DNA of 64,000 nt from Guillardia theta CCMP2712 (GCF_000315625.1 NW_005434662.1:829479-893478); one strand, 5' to 3'. Counted from the first letter of the stretch, positions 1-13,098 are shown. Translations and numbers: made by a program. The notes: generated by a model not told the origin, from the letters alone.

Positions 1-125
1 TCAGCGCTCGAGACGCCACCTCCTGCTCTGTACTGACAGACTGAAGGGAGGACCCCCCCTTTACTTTATTGTACACTTAACTTGCTATCTCACAATCTTC
101 TCAGAAGATCATTCTAGTAAATTCA

Positions 126-491
126 TCATATCTCGCAGAACGTCGCGATCGGAAGCGAGTTGATCAGGGTCGAGCTGGAGGAGCGTCAGAGTCTCCCCGG
201 GCAGGACATTGAGCACCTGAGGTGTGGAGAGATCGAGATGAATCGCACGGGAGACATTCTCAGCCCGTCGACGATCACCGAGAAGAAGTTGGCCTAGCGC
301 AGCAGTAAGAGCAGAAGGCCAGCTGAGGCAATGGGGCCCCGCCCTTACCTTGGGGTTTGCAGCTGAGCAGATTAAGCGGCTGACGTCTGCTCTGATAACG
401 TGCCCCCCTCCACTGTTGCGCGTGACGTTGACGGAAGAGCTGCTCCGAGTCGGTCACAGAAGGTCGATGGAAGGAGGACGGATTTTGGGAG

Positions 492-532
<41 letters not shown>

Positions 533-2842
533 TCAGGACGAGGAGGAGGAGGGGCTGACCGGATGCGTTTGTTCCTCTCCTTGAACGACCTCATACACAC
601 GGCCTGACCTCACGTCATACAAGAATCCCTCAGATCTAGACGTGCCTGCATGCTGAGAGGTGCCGAGGGAACGAGCTCATTCCGCCGCAGTTGAATGTCC
701 GTGTGCACGCCATGCGAGCAGGTCTGCAATCGTCAGAATCTCCTGATACCTTCACGCCGATCTTACCTTGAGAGCCTCCCCTCCTCCATTCGTCACCCAG
801 AAATCCAGTTTGACGTCCAGCACGCTGTTGGCACTTGGTCCCTCCTGTACTGGATCAGCAGCTGCACACAAGCCAGAAGTTGTGACCTCCTCGATTGCTC
901 GTACAGACAGCGAGGAGATCAAGGGGAGCGTGTGCTGCCTCACTATGCCGGCATAGCCGGGCTCCTCAATCAGAGAAGGGATCGGATTAGAGCCTGTCAT
1001 GCTGTCTGCACAAGTGATGAAGGCCTGCAAACACTTGCAGTGAGAAAAGCTCGTTCCCCCCTCCCCCCACCATGCCCCCTTCTCCACACCCTCTACCTCT
1101 CCGACTACGAGCTTGAACGTCCATTTGGCCTGTGAGAGGTAGTGGAACAACAATTCATGCACGCGAGTTTCTACGGCTGCAGGCAGGGTGAGACTAGAAG
1201 AAGCAAGAGGAGCATTACCCTCCATCCAAAAGTCTGCTTCACCATCTGCAATCTCGAAGCTCGACTCCCACAGTTCTGAGCAGAAGAGCCGCAAGTACTC
1301 GCTGTCCTTGCTGCTAATGAGCTGGGCTACCAGCGAGTCTCGTCCGCCTCGACCCAGGGGGATCAGAAAGATCTTGAAGCAAGGCTCTGCCTGACAGTTG
1401 AGCATCTCCTGGAGGAAGAGGTGCAAGAACGAGTCTCCTCCTAAGATTCCGATCCGCATGACAGCAGACCTGTCCTGACGCTGCTGCTTCCTCAGATGGG
1501 CAGAGATGACAGCCACAGCAGCTCGGATCTCCAGGTAGCAAGCGATCTTCACACAGAATCTCCCCAAGTCCTGCGACGTGCTGGCTCTCGCCTCCGAGTC
1601 TCTCCGTGTGAGGACGTCGTACAAGTATCTTCCACGAGACGATGAATGGTTACAGAGCAGCACCAGGCTGCCCCCGTCCAAGCTCGCGGAGTCCGAGAGG
1701 ATGCTTTCGACCCTCGCAGTAACCTCCGAGTGCTCCCCCCCTACGTCTTCCGATGCTCTCCTGTCAAACCCGGCCATATGTAGGACCCCGTCATCGAACA
1801 CCGCCTCGTCCTCGCCAGCCTCCTCCTCCAGGTCTCCTACCGCAGCACTGGACGCGTGCTCCTTCTGATTCTTGGCTCTGATGCGGGCATACTGGTTTCG
1901 GACGACGCGAACGGGGGTGAGAGTCATGCTTGCGATCTTCTTTGTTCCCTTGAGCACCTTCGATCGGAAGTTCTTTGCCCCGTTCTCACGATCAATGTTT
2001 GTGCTTGCGATGGTGTTGCTGGTGGGGAATACGTCTTCCTCAACCTCGTCGATGAGATCGACTCCATGCTCGTCTACGGTATCAAACCTTTCAACCCACT
2101 CATCTTCATCTTCCTCACTCTCGAGCATATCTTCTTCTTCGTCTTCGCTCGCTTGATCTTCTCCGCTCAAAATCAGTTCCCTTTCATTCGCGTTGTCGTC
2201 GTCAACTTCCGGCCACCACCGTGAGATGTCGGAGAAGTCAACGGGAAGGGACTCAAGCTGAACGTGCAGGCGAACGATGGGTTCGTTCACTGACTTCTGC
2301 GTATGTTTCAGCCGACCTGTGCTATGGAGCATCAAGACACTCCCTTCCTCCAGGGGGGCCTGGATGATATCCGCCAGGTTCATCGAGCATTCGGCGATGA
2401 TCTTGTTCACAAGAGAGCGCTTCGAGCGCTTCTGCAGGAGGATGCGGATGGCGTCTGAGTTGTTCTTGAGGTTATGGAAGTACTGGAAGTAGAAGTTTAC
2501 GTTGACGGCAAGCGAAAGCGAGTCGCTCTGCTGGATTGGGAACGACCCGGAGGTGAGGGCAGGTTTGGTCATTTTCATCCTCCTTGCCGAGTCGCCTAAG
2601 GGTCTCCCATCGCTCATAACCACAGTCAGCTTGATGTCCGACCTTGAACTGGTGAGCTCCCGTAGGGCCTCCAATCGCGAAACACGCAGAACACATATCC
2701 TCCTCCCACAGTTCTTCATCCATCTCCGCTCTAACCCTGGGATGCCAGAAAAGAGATTTTGACACTTGTCCTTGTCCTTAGCTGAACTTTCGCCCATCGA
2801 CTTTCCATTTCCTTCTCTTTTGTTTAGTCCGTGTTCGCTCAT
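126..2842 (-). CDS. PACS: PACS-family (phosphofurin acidic cluster sorting) protein, multi-exon at its 3' end
   Basis: ORF 752..2842 has NFYFQYFHNLKNNSDAIRILLQKRSKR..IIAECSMNLADIIQ (PACS furin-binding region), an acidic cluster, and RIGILGGDSFLHLFL..KIFLIPLG..VAQLISSKDSEYLRLF. Downstream exons read by eye give DVSRLICSA, VIVDGL..VRFISI and LPIATF-stop(126), matching the PACS C-terminus. Confidence 0.8.
494..550. repeat. (GGACGA)n / (GGA)n microsatellite in a PACS intron
   Basis: Direct hexamer repeats visible. Confidence 0.85.
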
Positions 2843-3267
2843 TTCGACTCGTTCCTTTCGATCAAACTCTCAATGATTCTTTCAAAGATGAAGTCTCTTG
2901 ATCGTCATGTTTTCATCTGCATGTTCTCATCTTGATGTTATGATCTGCTTCACTCCTCCCTTCTTCTCTTCTTCTTCTCATCATCATCTTCTTCGTCCAT
3001 GCATGATCACGTCTCCGACATTTTGAGCGCCTTATCGAAGGAACGACTTTACTCAACCAGTCTGTTTTATTTTAACTCAAATGCGATACAAAAAGTCAAC
3101 TGGTAGGTATCTCAAGTCTGCCTCAGTATATGAAATAGATAATTTGAGAGGCAGTGAATGGTCTCCCCTCTGCTGTTTTATTTTTCATCCATTGAGAATG
3201 GAAGGAGGAACTTTACTGCGTCGCCGTGCACTGCCAGCATGCGCGCGAGGAAGAAATGCAATTATGA

Positions 3268-3710
3268 GAAGACGATGACGATAGTGACGATAGACTGTAT
3301 GCTATATGAAGACGATGACGACAGTGACGATAGACTGTATGCTATATGAAGACAATGACGATAGTGATGATAGACTATATGCTACATGAAGACGATGACG
3401 ACAGTGACGATAGACTGTATGCTACATGAAGACGATGACGACAGTGACGATAGACTGTATGCTACATGAAGACGATGACGATAGTGATGATAGACTGTAT
3501 GCTACATGAAGACGATGACGACAGTGACGATAGACTGTATGCTACATGAAGACGATGACGACAGTGACGATAGACTGTATGCTACATGAAGACGATGACG
3601 ATAGTGATGATAGACTGTATGCTATATGAAGACGATGACGACAGTGACGATAGACTGTATGCTACATGAAGACGATGACGACAGTGACGATAGACTGTAT
3701 GCTATATGAA
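3268..3710. repeat. 40-bp tandem repeat, about 11 copies (GAAGACGATGACGACAGTGACGATAGACTGTATGCTACAT)
   Basis: Period 40 (3268, 3308, ...), only a few C/T and G/A variants. Confidence 0.95.
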
Positions 3711-3731
3711 TCAGATAACGATTTCAGGAGC

Positions 3732-4562
3732 ATGCAAAGTCCGTGTTTTCTTGGGCTGTTCTGCTGCTTTTGCATGCTGGTTCAATCCTCGGTTTTCTAT
3801 GTTCTCGTGACCACACACGCTCAACTGAAGGGGATCCTGCCGTTCGATGTGTCTGAAGCGATCAACTAGTAATGGTCTGCGATATCATGCAGGGAACATG
3901 CCATCGAAAGCAACTTGTTTGATCCGAGGAGGAGAGGGGGTCGACGGTCTGCTCTATTTCTTGGAGAGCGGAAATGGTAGATCCGATGTGAATCGGAAGA
4001 GGAGGAGATAATCATCTGCCAGGAACAGCAGTGACGGGCAAGATCAGAGGGCTAAGGGAAGGAGATTACACGATCAAGATACATTCAGTGAGCTTTGTTG
4101 CTGATAGATACCCGTTAGGTCCAACAGCTTACAAACACGTTTTGTAGTTGGGAGACATCAGCAATGGCGGTAAGAGCTGTGGGAAAGTGTACAACCCGGG
4201 TGAAGAAGGCTCGAGAGCCTCGGAAGCAAGCGAGGCGGGCGATCTCGGACGATTCGCTGCAGGCAATAAGAGTCTGCGATGAATCCGCGGGTGACAGAGA
4301 GAGCAGACAGCAACGGGGCGATCCAAGTGAACGTCGTCAGCAATCGCATCCCTCTGTCGGGAAACTTCAACGTGATTGGAAGAGCTGTGAGGATGTCTCA
4401 GGCAAGCACGAGCCCGCTGACTCCCTTGTCTCACCAGGCGATCGTTCACGGCAAAGAGGCTCCTGCGACCGAATCTCGTATGCTCGCTGCCACCGTGCAC
4501 CTGCTTCTCACCGCATACGTACAGGTTTAGCGTGGGGGGTCATCGGAATCGCAGACGAATAG
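3732..4562 (+). CDS. Cu/Zn superoxide dismutase-like (SOD/CCS fold) protein with N-terminal hydrophobic signal; metal-ligand His mostly absent
   Basis: Spliced reading: KATCLIRGGEGVDGLLYFLESGNGTAVTGKIRGLREGDYTIKIH..GDISNGGKSCGKVYNP..GDLGRFAADSNGAIQVNVVSNRIPLSGNFNVIGRA.IVHG..LAWGVIGI. This follows the SOD1 beta-barrel motif order. Confidence 0.75.
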
Positions 4563-5367
4563 CAGTCGTCTAGAGCGAGAGAGGAATTTCGAATGCTGAT
4601 AACCAAGTTAGGTAGATGTCTATCGTTTCATGTCATTTTTACCTTCTCCTTGCCCTCAATGTAGAACAAAATACTCTTGACTGTCCGAATCTGTGCTGTC
4701 ACGATTTGAACTGAGAACCATGAAGGTCGATGCGTATCCATCGAGACTGTACAACATGAATCAACATGAGTTCAAGCTACACAGTGAACATCTCACCTGC
4801 ATGTTGTCAAGAGCTGAAGCTTGACGTTGATGACTGCCTTACGAATTTCCATAACTGTTTATCCCTTTGATCAACTAGCAAAATTCTCATATGTTTGAAA
4901 AGTCTAAACATCTATACAGAGTTATGTACTGCTTTTCAACTGATATCTTCTTGATCTCCTCGATTGCAAGGCTTAGGATAGCGTTCATGTCAAACTTGAA
5001 GGTAAATGGTAAGAGAGATCGCTGCCGGACATCGTCAGCATCAAAACAAGGAAGATATGACTATCAACAAGCTCTGCGAAGAATTTTGCTTCTTGTCGTC
5101 TTCTATCATTCTTCACAAGAAATTCGCTGATATTCAAAAGGCAAACATCAATGGAGGTTGCAGGTATTGAAGAATCACCAATCATCTTCATGATTCTCAT
5201 TCGTTCCGTTCACAACCGGCTGAACCTGTCGTATCTATACAACATCACATCTCCATTCTCGATTTGAGACAAGCTTCCTCTCAATACCTGACTTCCTGTC
5301 TCGCTGCTAAACCCGATGGCGTGATGTCCAAGAAAAACGACAGCAAACTCGATCATACTGCAAGCCA

Positions 5368-6596
5368 TCAGGGCTGGCACCACTTGGAGGCGTGCCTCAC
5401 CTTGTTCGATCTTTCTTGTACTGGCTCTGGTTGAAGAGGCGAGAGGGAACGTCGTTGGCAGAGGAGTGGAGCTCTGAGAAAATGCAGTACAACTCGTTGA
5501 CTAGCTTCCTCTCGAGCTGCCGTCTGGTGGTGTCCATGTGCTTGGACACTCGCCGAGTCTGCAACCCCCATCACGAGCGTTGCACGTGCAACAAGTTGGC
5601 AACCTGTTCGTTCGACCTGTGAGCAGCACAGAACAAAGCTCTTGAATGCTTCTGCTTGTCTTTCCCCGTCCACCCAAACACTCCGAGTTTCGAACAACCT
5701 TCGGGGGCTGCACATTTCTTGCCGTTGTTCTACGAAACCAAAGCACGTTATCTCACATCACTTTGCGATGAAAAGAGCTCATCACCTTGAGATCTACGTG
5801 ATGCTTCAGTCTATGCAGGGCACAAGTTTCCTTTTCTCTCGTAGCCGCGTCTCCGAATGATGCCTGAGCTGTCTCTCAACAAACACGCAAAGATCGCTCA
5901 AGGAACCTGACGAACACAGCCTTCGTGTCGACATTTCTTGTTCTGTTCTGGTGGTCACATCCAAGACAGACAATGACATGTATCACCTTCAGGTCTAAGT
6001 ATCCACTCGGTTTATGTAGTGTGCAGTACTCAGGTGAACCTCCGACAGGGCCGAACAAGCGCGTCTGTTGTTGGGTTACTTTTGGAAATGAATGTGACGA
6101 TTTCTGCCTTCTGGCACCCTGGATAGAAGCAGCTGTTGCGCGTGATGATGATGTCTCCACTGTGCTTGTGTGCTCCACATCGCTGCGTTCGCCTTGTCAG
6201 AGATCCGAGCTCCAAGTCAAGCTCACTCACCAGAGGAGGTGACTGCTTTGTGGCCCCGTAGATGGCCCTCGATCGGCAGAACATGCACTTTCGTCGCAGA
6301 GAGATGACCTGGTAGATCTTGCTGAAGCATGCTTCCTCCGTACTGACAAGAAGCTCTGGGGATGTGCAGCTCTTGCATCGAAACTCTATCCATCGTGCAT
6401 CTGACCGCCGCACTATCCCCATGGAGGCCACGTTCTTCTCGCAGCAATGGCAGGGGCACTCCTTCCACCACTCACGCAGCCTGCCGTGCATGCCAGCTGC
6501 TCCCTCTCCTCCCTCTCCTCCCTCTCCCCCGCCTCCTCCCCCCACGCTCACTGCCTTCAGCAGCACCAGGAGAAGCGCCCCCCGCATCATGCTCAC
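5368..6596 (-). CDS. Cys/His-rich repeat protein (EsV-1-7-like repeats) with signal peptide, multi-exon; 3' end uncertain
   Basis: MSMMRGALLLVLLKAV leader; repeated C-x2-C..A.YG, RCGAHKHSGD, CFYPGCQKA, CTLHKPSGYLDL motifs. Confidence 0.55.
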
Positions 6597-6671
6597 AGCA
6601 TGACGACTGCGTGGGAGGGCAGCGATTTTCGATTATGAGACCTATTAGAAAGCGTCCAGGGCAGCTCTGCT

Positions 6672-8100
6672 CTAATAGGCCCCTAGCCGCCACTCAGTCC
6701 CGCTCATACCATCATAAGTAGTTCCTGTCTCTCCACCACCACCACCACCTCCTCCTCCTCCTCCTCCTCCTCCTCTTGCTCCATCACCTGTTGGCTCCTC
6801 CCACCCATCCCCCTCATCTTGCTCCTCCTCTTGGCTCCTCCTCCTCCTCCTCCTCAGTCCTCCTCCTCCTCCTGCTCCTCCTCCTCCTCCTCCTGCTCCT
6901 CCTCCTGCTCCTGCTCCTCCTCCTGCTCCTCCATCTCCTCCTCTTACTCCTTCATCTCCTCCTCTTGCTCCTCTTGGCTCCTCCTCCTTCTTTGGCTCCT
7001 CCTCCTCCTCCTCCTTCTCCTTCTCCCCTCCTCCTCCTCTTGCCCCTCCTCCTACTCTACCTGTTGATCCTCCTGTTGATCCTCTTCTTGCTCCCCCTCT
7101 TCCTGCACCTGCACCTGCACCTGCACCTGCTGCTCCTGCTGTACGCTGTCGAATGTCTACTCCTGCTTCTCGCCTGGCTGCTTCTGCGCATTTCTTTCCT
7201 TCACTGGAAAACTGACGCCATGGGGCAGGAGCTGCTGATTTTTCCACGTGATGGATTTGAGGTGAGATGCTGTCATGGAGCTGAAAACTTTGGACGAGCC
7301 TGCGGAGCTTTCGGAGGACGATCTTTCGAGCGCTCTCTTGAAGAAGATCTCGCTTAGTGAGAGGAGGAATAACAGCTTGCAAGAGAGGATACGAGAGTTG
7401 GAGAAAGTGAGCCTTGACTGATGCTTGAAATGCTTGCTGATCCACATTCCTTCAGGAACTAGTTAGAGTCAAGAAAACCTCTTTGATTTCACGCAACAAT
7501 CAATGGCTTTACTTCTGCAATGTTTGCAGGAGGAAGACAAACCAAGCGAACCTTAGGTCTCATCAGAAGTTGAAGTTCGACGCTCTGAGACGAACCTGTC
7601 CTTCAGGATTCACTTTGCAGAATGGAAAGAGACGACCATAGTCTCTGTATCATTCGTGAGAATCATCTTCCTGCAAGAGAGGTTTCACAAGCTCAAGGTC
7701 CTGTACAAGCACTTCTTTCACTGGTTTCTCCTCTCCTCTCAGGTGACGTCATGGCTGCTGACGTGCGTGCAATTGATGCTCAAGCATGTCAGAGCTCGTC
7801 AAATCATCACTTTGAGCCGTGGGAGGCACAGGAAGGACTTCCACATCCTCCTTCCCCGCAACCACCAGCACAAACTCACGCAGTCGGTGACTCTCACCAC
7901 TGGCTGCTGTACGGCACAAACGGAAGGGTATCCCGAGCAGATTCAGACACCGCCTCGAGCATTGCAGATGCCAATGAGTCGAAGGAGAGGTCGAGATGGG
8001 AAGAACTGAACACGTCAGTCGAGCTTCTTTGATGACTCGTTATGACTGTTTCAAGCAGTTCGAGAACTTCATTGGAGAAGAAGCCAAGAGCAGGTAAAAG
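6672..8100 (-). CDS. hypothetical protein, multi-exon, low-complexity C-terminus
   Basis: ORFs 6672..7445 and 7894..8205 separated by GT-AG-like intervals; no recognisable family. Confidence 0.35.
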
Positions 8101-8303
8101 GATGTATCGTGCACAGAAAATTGATCTAACTCCTGATGAAGGGCTGGCAAAACTTTGGGGGATGGAGACTGCCAACACAACAGAATTTATGTAAAGAACA
8201 GACACTTAGCACATGTTTCCTAGCAAACTGGTTAATGCGAATACAAAGTTGTGAGTGTAATAGGCAGACTCAATCATGGCGGACAAGAATTCGATCTGAG
8301 AAA

Positions 8304-9734
8304 TTAAACATTACGCTTTTGCTTGAGCGTATGAGAGTATATGGCGCGTCCATTCATGTCAATCCAAGTTGTGATCATCACATCCCCATCCACCTATCGT
8401 GTCATGTCAAACAAACAAGAGGGAGATCTCTCCAGATGGCGATGATACACCTGATGATGCATGAAGCCCGGGTCAACAGCTCCAAACTCCATCATGGGCA
8501 GGGGCTTGACGATGCCTCTCAAACATCCATTCCCAGATACCTGCGCAAGATCACCAACAAGGTAAAGGTTTGCAAGCACGAGTACATAGTACTGCACTCC
8601 GTTGTGCTGCAAGTGCTGATGGTTGTGATCATGACCGGAGATGTACGCGTCCACCTTGTACTTCTCCAGCAGCGGTTTCACCAGCTCTACCAGCGAGAAC
8701 GTAGACCCATGCTCTCCACCGGAGTAGACGGGATAATGCCCTATCACAATGAGCCAATCAGCGGTAGACTGGGCGAGAGTCTCCTCCAACCTGATGCTGG
8801 TCAGAAACATCTAAGATGCTCAAATCTGCATCACCACAAAAGTTGTTCGGACGCGGCCTTCTGTCTGATATGAAACCTCGAGTCGTAGCGGGCGAGAGCT
8901 TCTGGTTGCACGATACCTTCACGGATCTTTTCTAGGAGAAGCGTTCTTCCATAGCCTTCGTCCAAAATGACAGTATCAACAAATACAAGCTGCAGCTGCT
9001 TGCCGTTGCTTCCAACATCTCGCACTGTTGTGTAGTAGTAGTTGGGAAGGATCCAGCGCTTGTCGAAGCCGGCTTTGCTGTAATCTATTTGCGCCTCGGG
9101 GTTGCCATAGTGATCATGGTTGCCCAACGTCACATACCAGGGGACGTTCATGCTCGGCTGATTGAAACGATCTCTCCACACGGAGTCGAACAAGGGGTCG
9201 TTCACATCCTGTACTCCGTGAAAGTAAAAGTTGTCTCCTACAGCCAGCACGAATTGCACTCCCGTCTTCTCGGCCACTTGAGCCATCACCCCAGCCACGG
9301 CCTTCTGAGTGGCTCCAGCAGAAATATGATTCGGATCAGGCTTCAACACACAGTTGTACGGCCCACAACCCCAGTCACCAATGGAAGCGAATGAGAGAGC
9401 ATTATCTCTATACCTGCACACTCGTTACGGTGGCATACACAAGGAATGCTGCTGAGAATACTTAGGAAGCTCAACGAGAGGAAGAGGGTTGTCTGCTCTT
9501 GTGATCAAACAGGTCTCTCCGGGCTCGTCACACCTGTGTCCCTTCATTCAGCGGAGTGACCAGCTACAGCTCACGTACCTCCCCGTGTACTCCAAAGGGG
9601 CATCAACCTGTGAGGAGGGAGAGGGAGCAGTCAGCTTCATCCACCTCCTCCCATGTCTCCTCCTCCTCCTTCACCGCTAGCGACGCAGCGACGACCGTCA
9701 GCCCTACCAGCACCCTGACGCCATGACCGAGCAT
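8304..9734 (-). CDS. secreted purple / tartrate-resistant acid phosphatase (ACP5-like metallophosphoesterase), multi-exon
   Basis: All five PAP motifs: GDWG, GDNFY, GNHD, VIGH, GHDH. Signal peptide MLGHGVRVLVGLTVVAASLA; last exon ends YSHTLKQKRNV-stop at 8304. Confidence 0.9.
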
Positions 9735-10349
9735 GTCCCTGGCAACGGGGAGGTCCAAAAGTGGTCCAGACGGTTTCCATTTAACGGAAAATGTAACGGA
9801 TAAGAAACGGCCAAACGGCCCAGAGGGGTTCAAACATGTCTTGGAGCGCCATGGTAAGTAGGAAACACGAAATGACGAGAAGAGAAGGGAGGGGGGGGAG
9901 GGGGGGGAGGAGCAGGATGAAGAAGAGGGGAGGACAGGGAGGGAGGGCGAGAGAGAGAGAGAGAAGGATGGAGAGAGAAGTGGGAGAAGAGTTGGGGATA
10001 TGATGTGGAGTGTCCTTGTAAAAAAAGGAACGTATTAAGAAACAAGTGCTGATAAAGAAGTTCAAGAAATTAGCATACAGAATAAGAGAAAATCAACTGC
10101 GAAAACAAATTGCATACGTAGAGCAGGGATACAAATGCATCTGTTGGTCAGGGATAGCACGATCTTACTGGTGTTGAAGGATGGCTATCGGGACGGGTAC
10201 AAGCGAACTGGCAAGGTTAGCATCATTTCTTGATTCCCCTTTGTTTGGTCCTGATCGCAACGTGCATAGCCTGAAAGCAAGAGAGGCTTGGTGGATCGAG
10301 CAGCTTATATGTCCTTCCTCGAAACTCAAGTAGAGCAAATCTAGATCTT

Positions 10350-13098
10350 CCTCGTGTTGACTCGTTTGCAGCTGGAGCGAGTGACGGCATCATGCAAGAC
10401 GGTGGAGGCCTACAACTGCAGGTTGAACACAATCCAGGTCAGAAGATCCTCAGACCATCGGCGAGTGAGCCTCTACTCGTTCATAACCTCTCTGCTTCTC
10501 CTCCAGGACTCTTTGGCGCATTTGGACTCGAAAGTGAGCAACAACACCAAGTTGATCTCTATAGCACACGTGATTGTTGCTGTCTCTTGCCGCTGCTCGA
10601 CTCTGACTTCATGCCTGCTGAGCAGTCCTTTGCAGAACAAGTCGATGACGAGATGAAGCGATTCAAGAATGTGAAGTCAGCGCAGCTGCTGCTTCTCCTC
10701 TGAGATGTGCCCTCAGGTCTACAACAACAAGTTTGACCGCATGAGCGAGAGCGTGTCGAGGTTGATTGAGGCTCCTCCTCCTCCTCCTCTGACGGTCTTC
10801 TAGCATTCTCGACATACACCAGCAACTGCTAGGACGCTTGGAGAAGCTAGAAGTGAGCTATGATGACGTGCGTCTGAAACTTGTGACGTCTGATCTACCT
10901 AGGCACGTCATGAAGAGCATGAAAGAAGTCTACTGCATATGGAGGTGAGCAAGACTCGTCCTCCTCCACACTCATCACAATCTTCTTCTCATCCCCCGCT
11001 TGCTGATCGCTGGTTGTCCTGGTCTTTCCTGGGAGATTGATCAGAGTGTCAGGAACGAGTCACGATGGCGATGAACAAGCAGAGCATTCAAGTGCGACAG
11101 CCCGGCGTTTGTCGTTTGCCTTTCAGTGACGTGGCTGCAAGATTGAAGAGCGAATGATGGCAATGGAGGAGAGAATCATGCTCATGTTTAAGAGCCATGT
11201 ACATCCCATCCTTGTTGCCCTCTCCTCCTATCTCTTTCCTCTAATTCTTTGCCTTCTCCTGTCATCCTTCTCTTCACCCATTCCATCCGTCCAATCCTCA
11301 CTACTGATGACATGACGGCAGAAAGAAGACTCCCAGGCATCGATCGAGCGTGCGAGTACTCAGGTTCTCCTCCTTCTCCCTCCCTCCGCCTCTGACTCTC
11401 GTAGCTCCGCGAGTTGGGAGGCAGCATCAACGACATGAAGCATGAGACCAGCCTAGATCGAGATAAGATCCGACAAGTTGTCGCCGAGATGTCTCGGTCT
11501 TCTTTCTCTCCTCCTCCTCCTCCTCCTCCTCCTCCTCCTCCTCCTCCTCCTCCTCCTCCTCCTCCTCCTCCTCCTCCTCCTCCTCCTCCTCCTCCTCCTC
11601 CTCCTTTTCTTTCTTCTAAACATCAAACGCTCCCTCGCAGGAAATGCTCGAAAGAAGTTGAGCTCCTCTCTTCTTCTCTGCAGGAAAAGATTGACGATGT
11701 TGACAAGCGATCGATCAAGTCAGCAGCTTTGCCTACCTCTTCCTCTTCCTCTTCCTCCTTCTCCCCGCCCCTTTGCCCATTCGCTTCTCCTTGCTTTATC
11801 CAGCCCTCCCCTCTCCTGCTCTCCTTGCTTCTCATGTTTCCTCGCAGGCTCTCCTCTGACAGCATATCTCGCACGGACTTGGCTATCTCGCGCATGCAGG
11901 TGAACTTGGTTGCTCCGGCAGGAGGGTGACAAGCGATCAGTCGGACATGAGCGAGCTCGAGTCGCGCGTCAACGTTGAGATTCGGCGAGGTGAGGGGAGG
12001 AGGAGTCGACTTCTCTCACGGGCTCGCAGCTGCTCTTGACTCGCAAGAAGCCGAGCAGCAGCTGTCGAAGCACCTTGACGTGTCGCTTCAAGCGCTGCCG
12101 CGAGCCCTGCAGGAGGTGGACGCGGTGAGAGAAGAGAGAAGACGGTCTGAGAGGAACTCACATGGCGCGAGAAGATGCGCATGGAGATCGTGCGACTCGA
12201 CAATGAGAGGCTGAAGGTGCGAGGAAGGAGCAGAGAGAAGCGGCTGATGCCTCTTGCAGCTCAAGGACTTGATGCTGAACAGACTGAAAGACGTAGATGA
12301 GGAGCTCCGCCGATGTTACGAGGTCAGAAGAGAGGTGGTGATAGTCATGATGAGATGTGGTGGTGGTGGTGGAGGAGGAGGAGGAGGAGATACAACGGGC
12401 GATGATGGAGGTGAAGGTGAGGGTGAGATGTTGTGTTGATTATGATGATGGAGGTGATGGTGATGGTGATGGAGATGGAGCAGAAAAAGATTGAATCTTC
12501 AAGCTTGTTGTTGAGGCCTGACCGAAGTCATGCCAACGACTTCATGTCATCCCACGATTACTTGGACAAGGTGAAGCCAAGACCTTCTGCTCCCTCCAGC
12601 TCCGCTACTTCTTCCTCTCCTGCTCTCCCTCCTCTCTTGTTCAGCTGTAGGCTGACGCTGCGATGTATCTGCAGGACGCCTCCAGGCACGAGGCCTCCAA
12701 GAGTCGGAGGAGAGAAGATACGTGGGAGGCAGGCGAGCAGGGCAGGGGGGCAGCAGCAGGAACGAGATGGAACGTGGGCGAGAAGAGAGACGCGAGGCTG
12801 ACGGAGGAGGCGAAGCCCAGCTACAGTGAGATCAGAAGCCGATCCATGTCTCCGCAGAGAAGCATGCAGCTGCTGGGTGAGAGCTTGAACCCTCCTACCT
12901 CATCGCCCTCACTCCCTTGTTGTAGACGACACGCGATCAAGCCTGGAGCTGCGCAAGGAGGAGAGGAGGAGGCGACTGAAGGAGCTGTGAGAGCTCTGCT
13001 GCTGCTCGCCTTCTTAGCCCTTATCCTCTTGCAGGTACGACGAGCTTTCATCCCTCGAGATCGAAGAAAGTCATTTCAGGAAATAATACAAGTCGTTA
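10350..13098 (+). CDS. hypothetical coiled-coil protein, many short exons
   Basis: Chain of short E/K/R/L-rich exons with GT-AG junctions (e.g. MKHETSLDRDKIRQVVAEMS, LKDLMLNRLKDVDEELRRCYE). Boundaries approximate. Confidence 0.45.
11508..11604. repeat. (CCT)n microsatellite, about 32 units
   Basis: Perfect trinucleotide run. Confidence 0.95.

Noticed and set aside
3268-3710. CRISPR array interpretation of the 40-, 32- and 25-bp repeats
   Set aside because: Units are head-to-tail with no unique spacers, there are no cas genes, and the context is eukaryotic.
4600-5360. Possible additional multi-exon gene
   Set aside because: Could not establish strand, frame or family with confidence.
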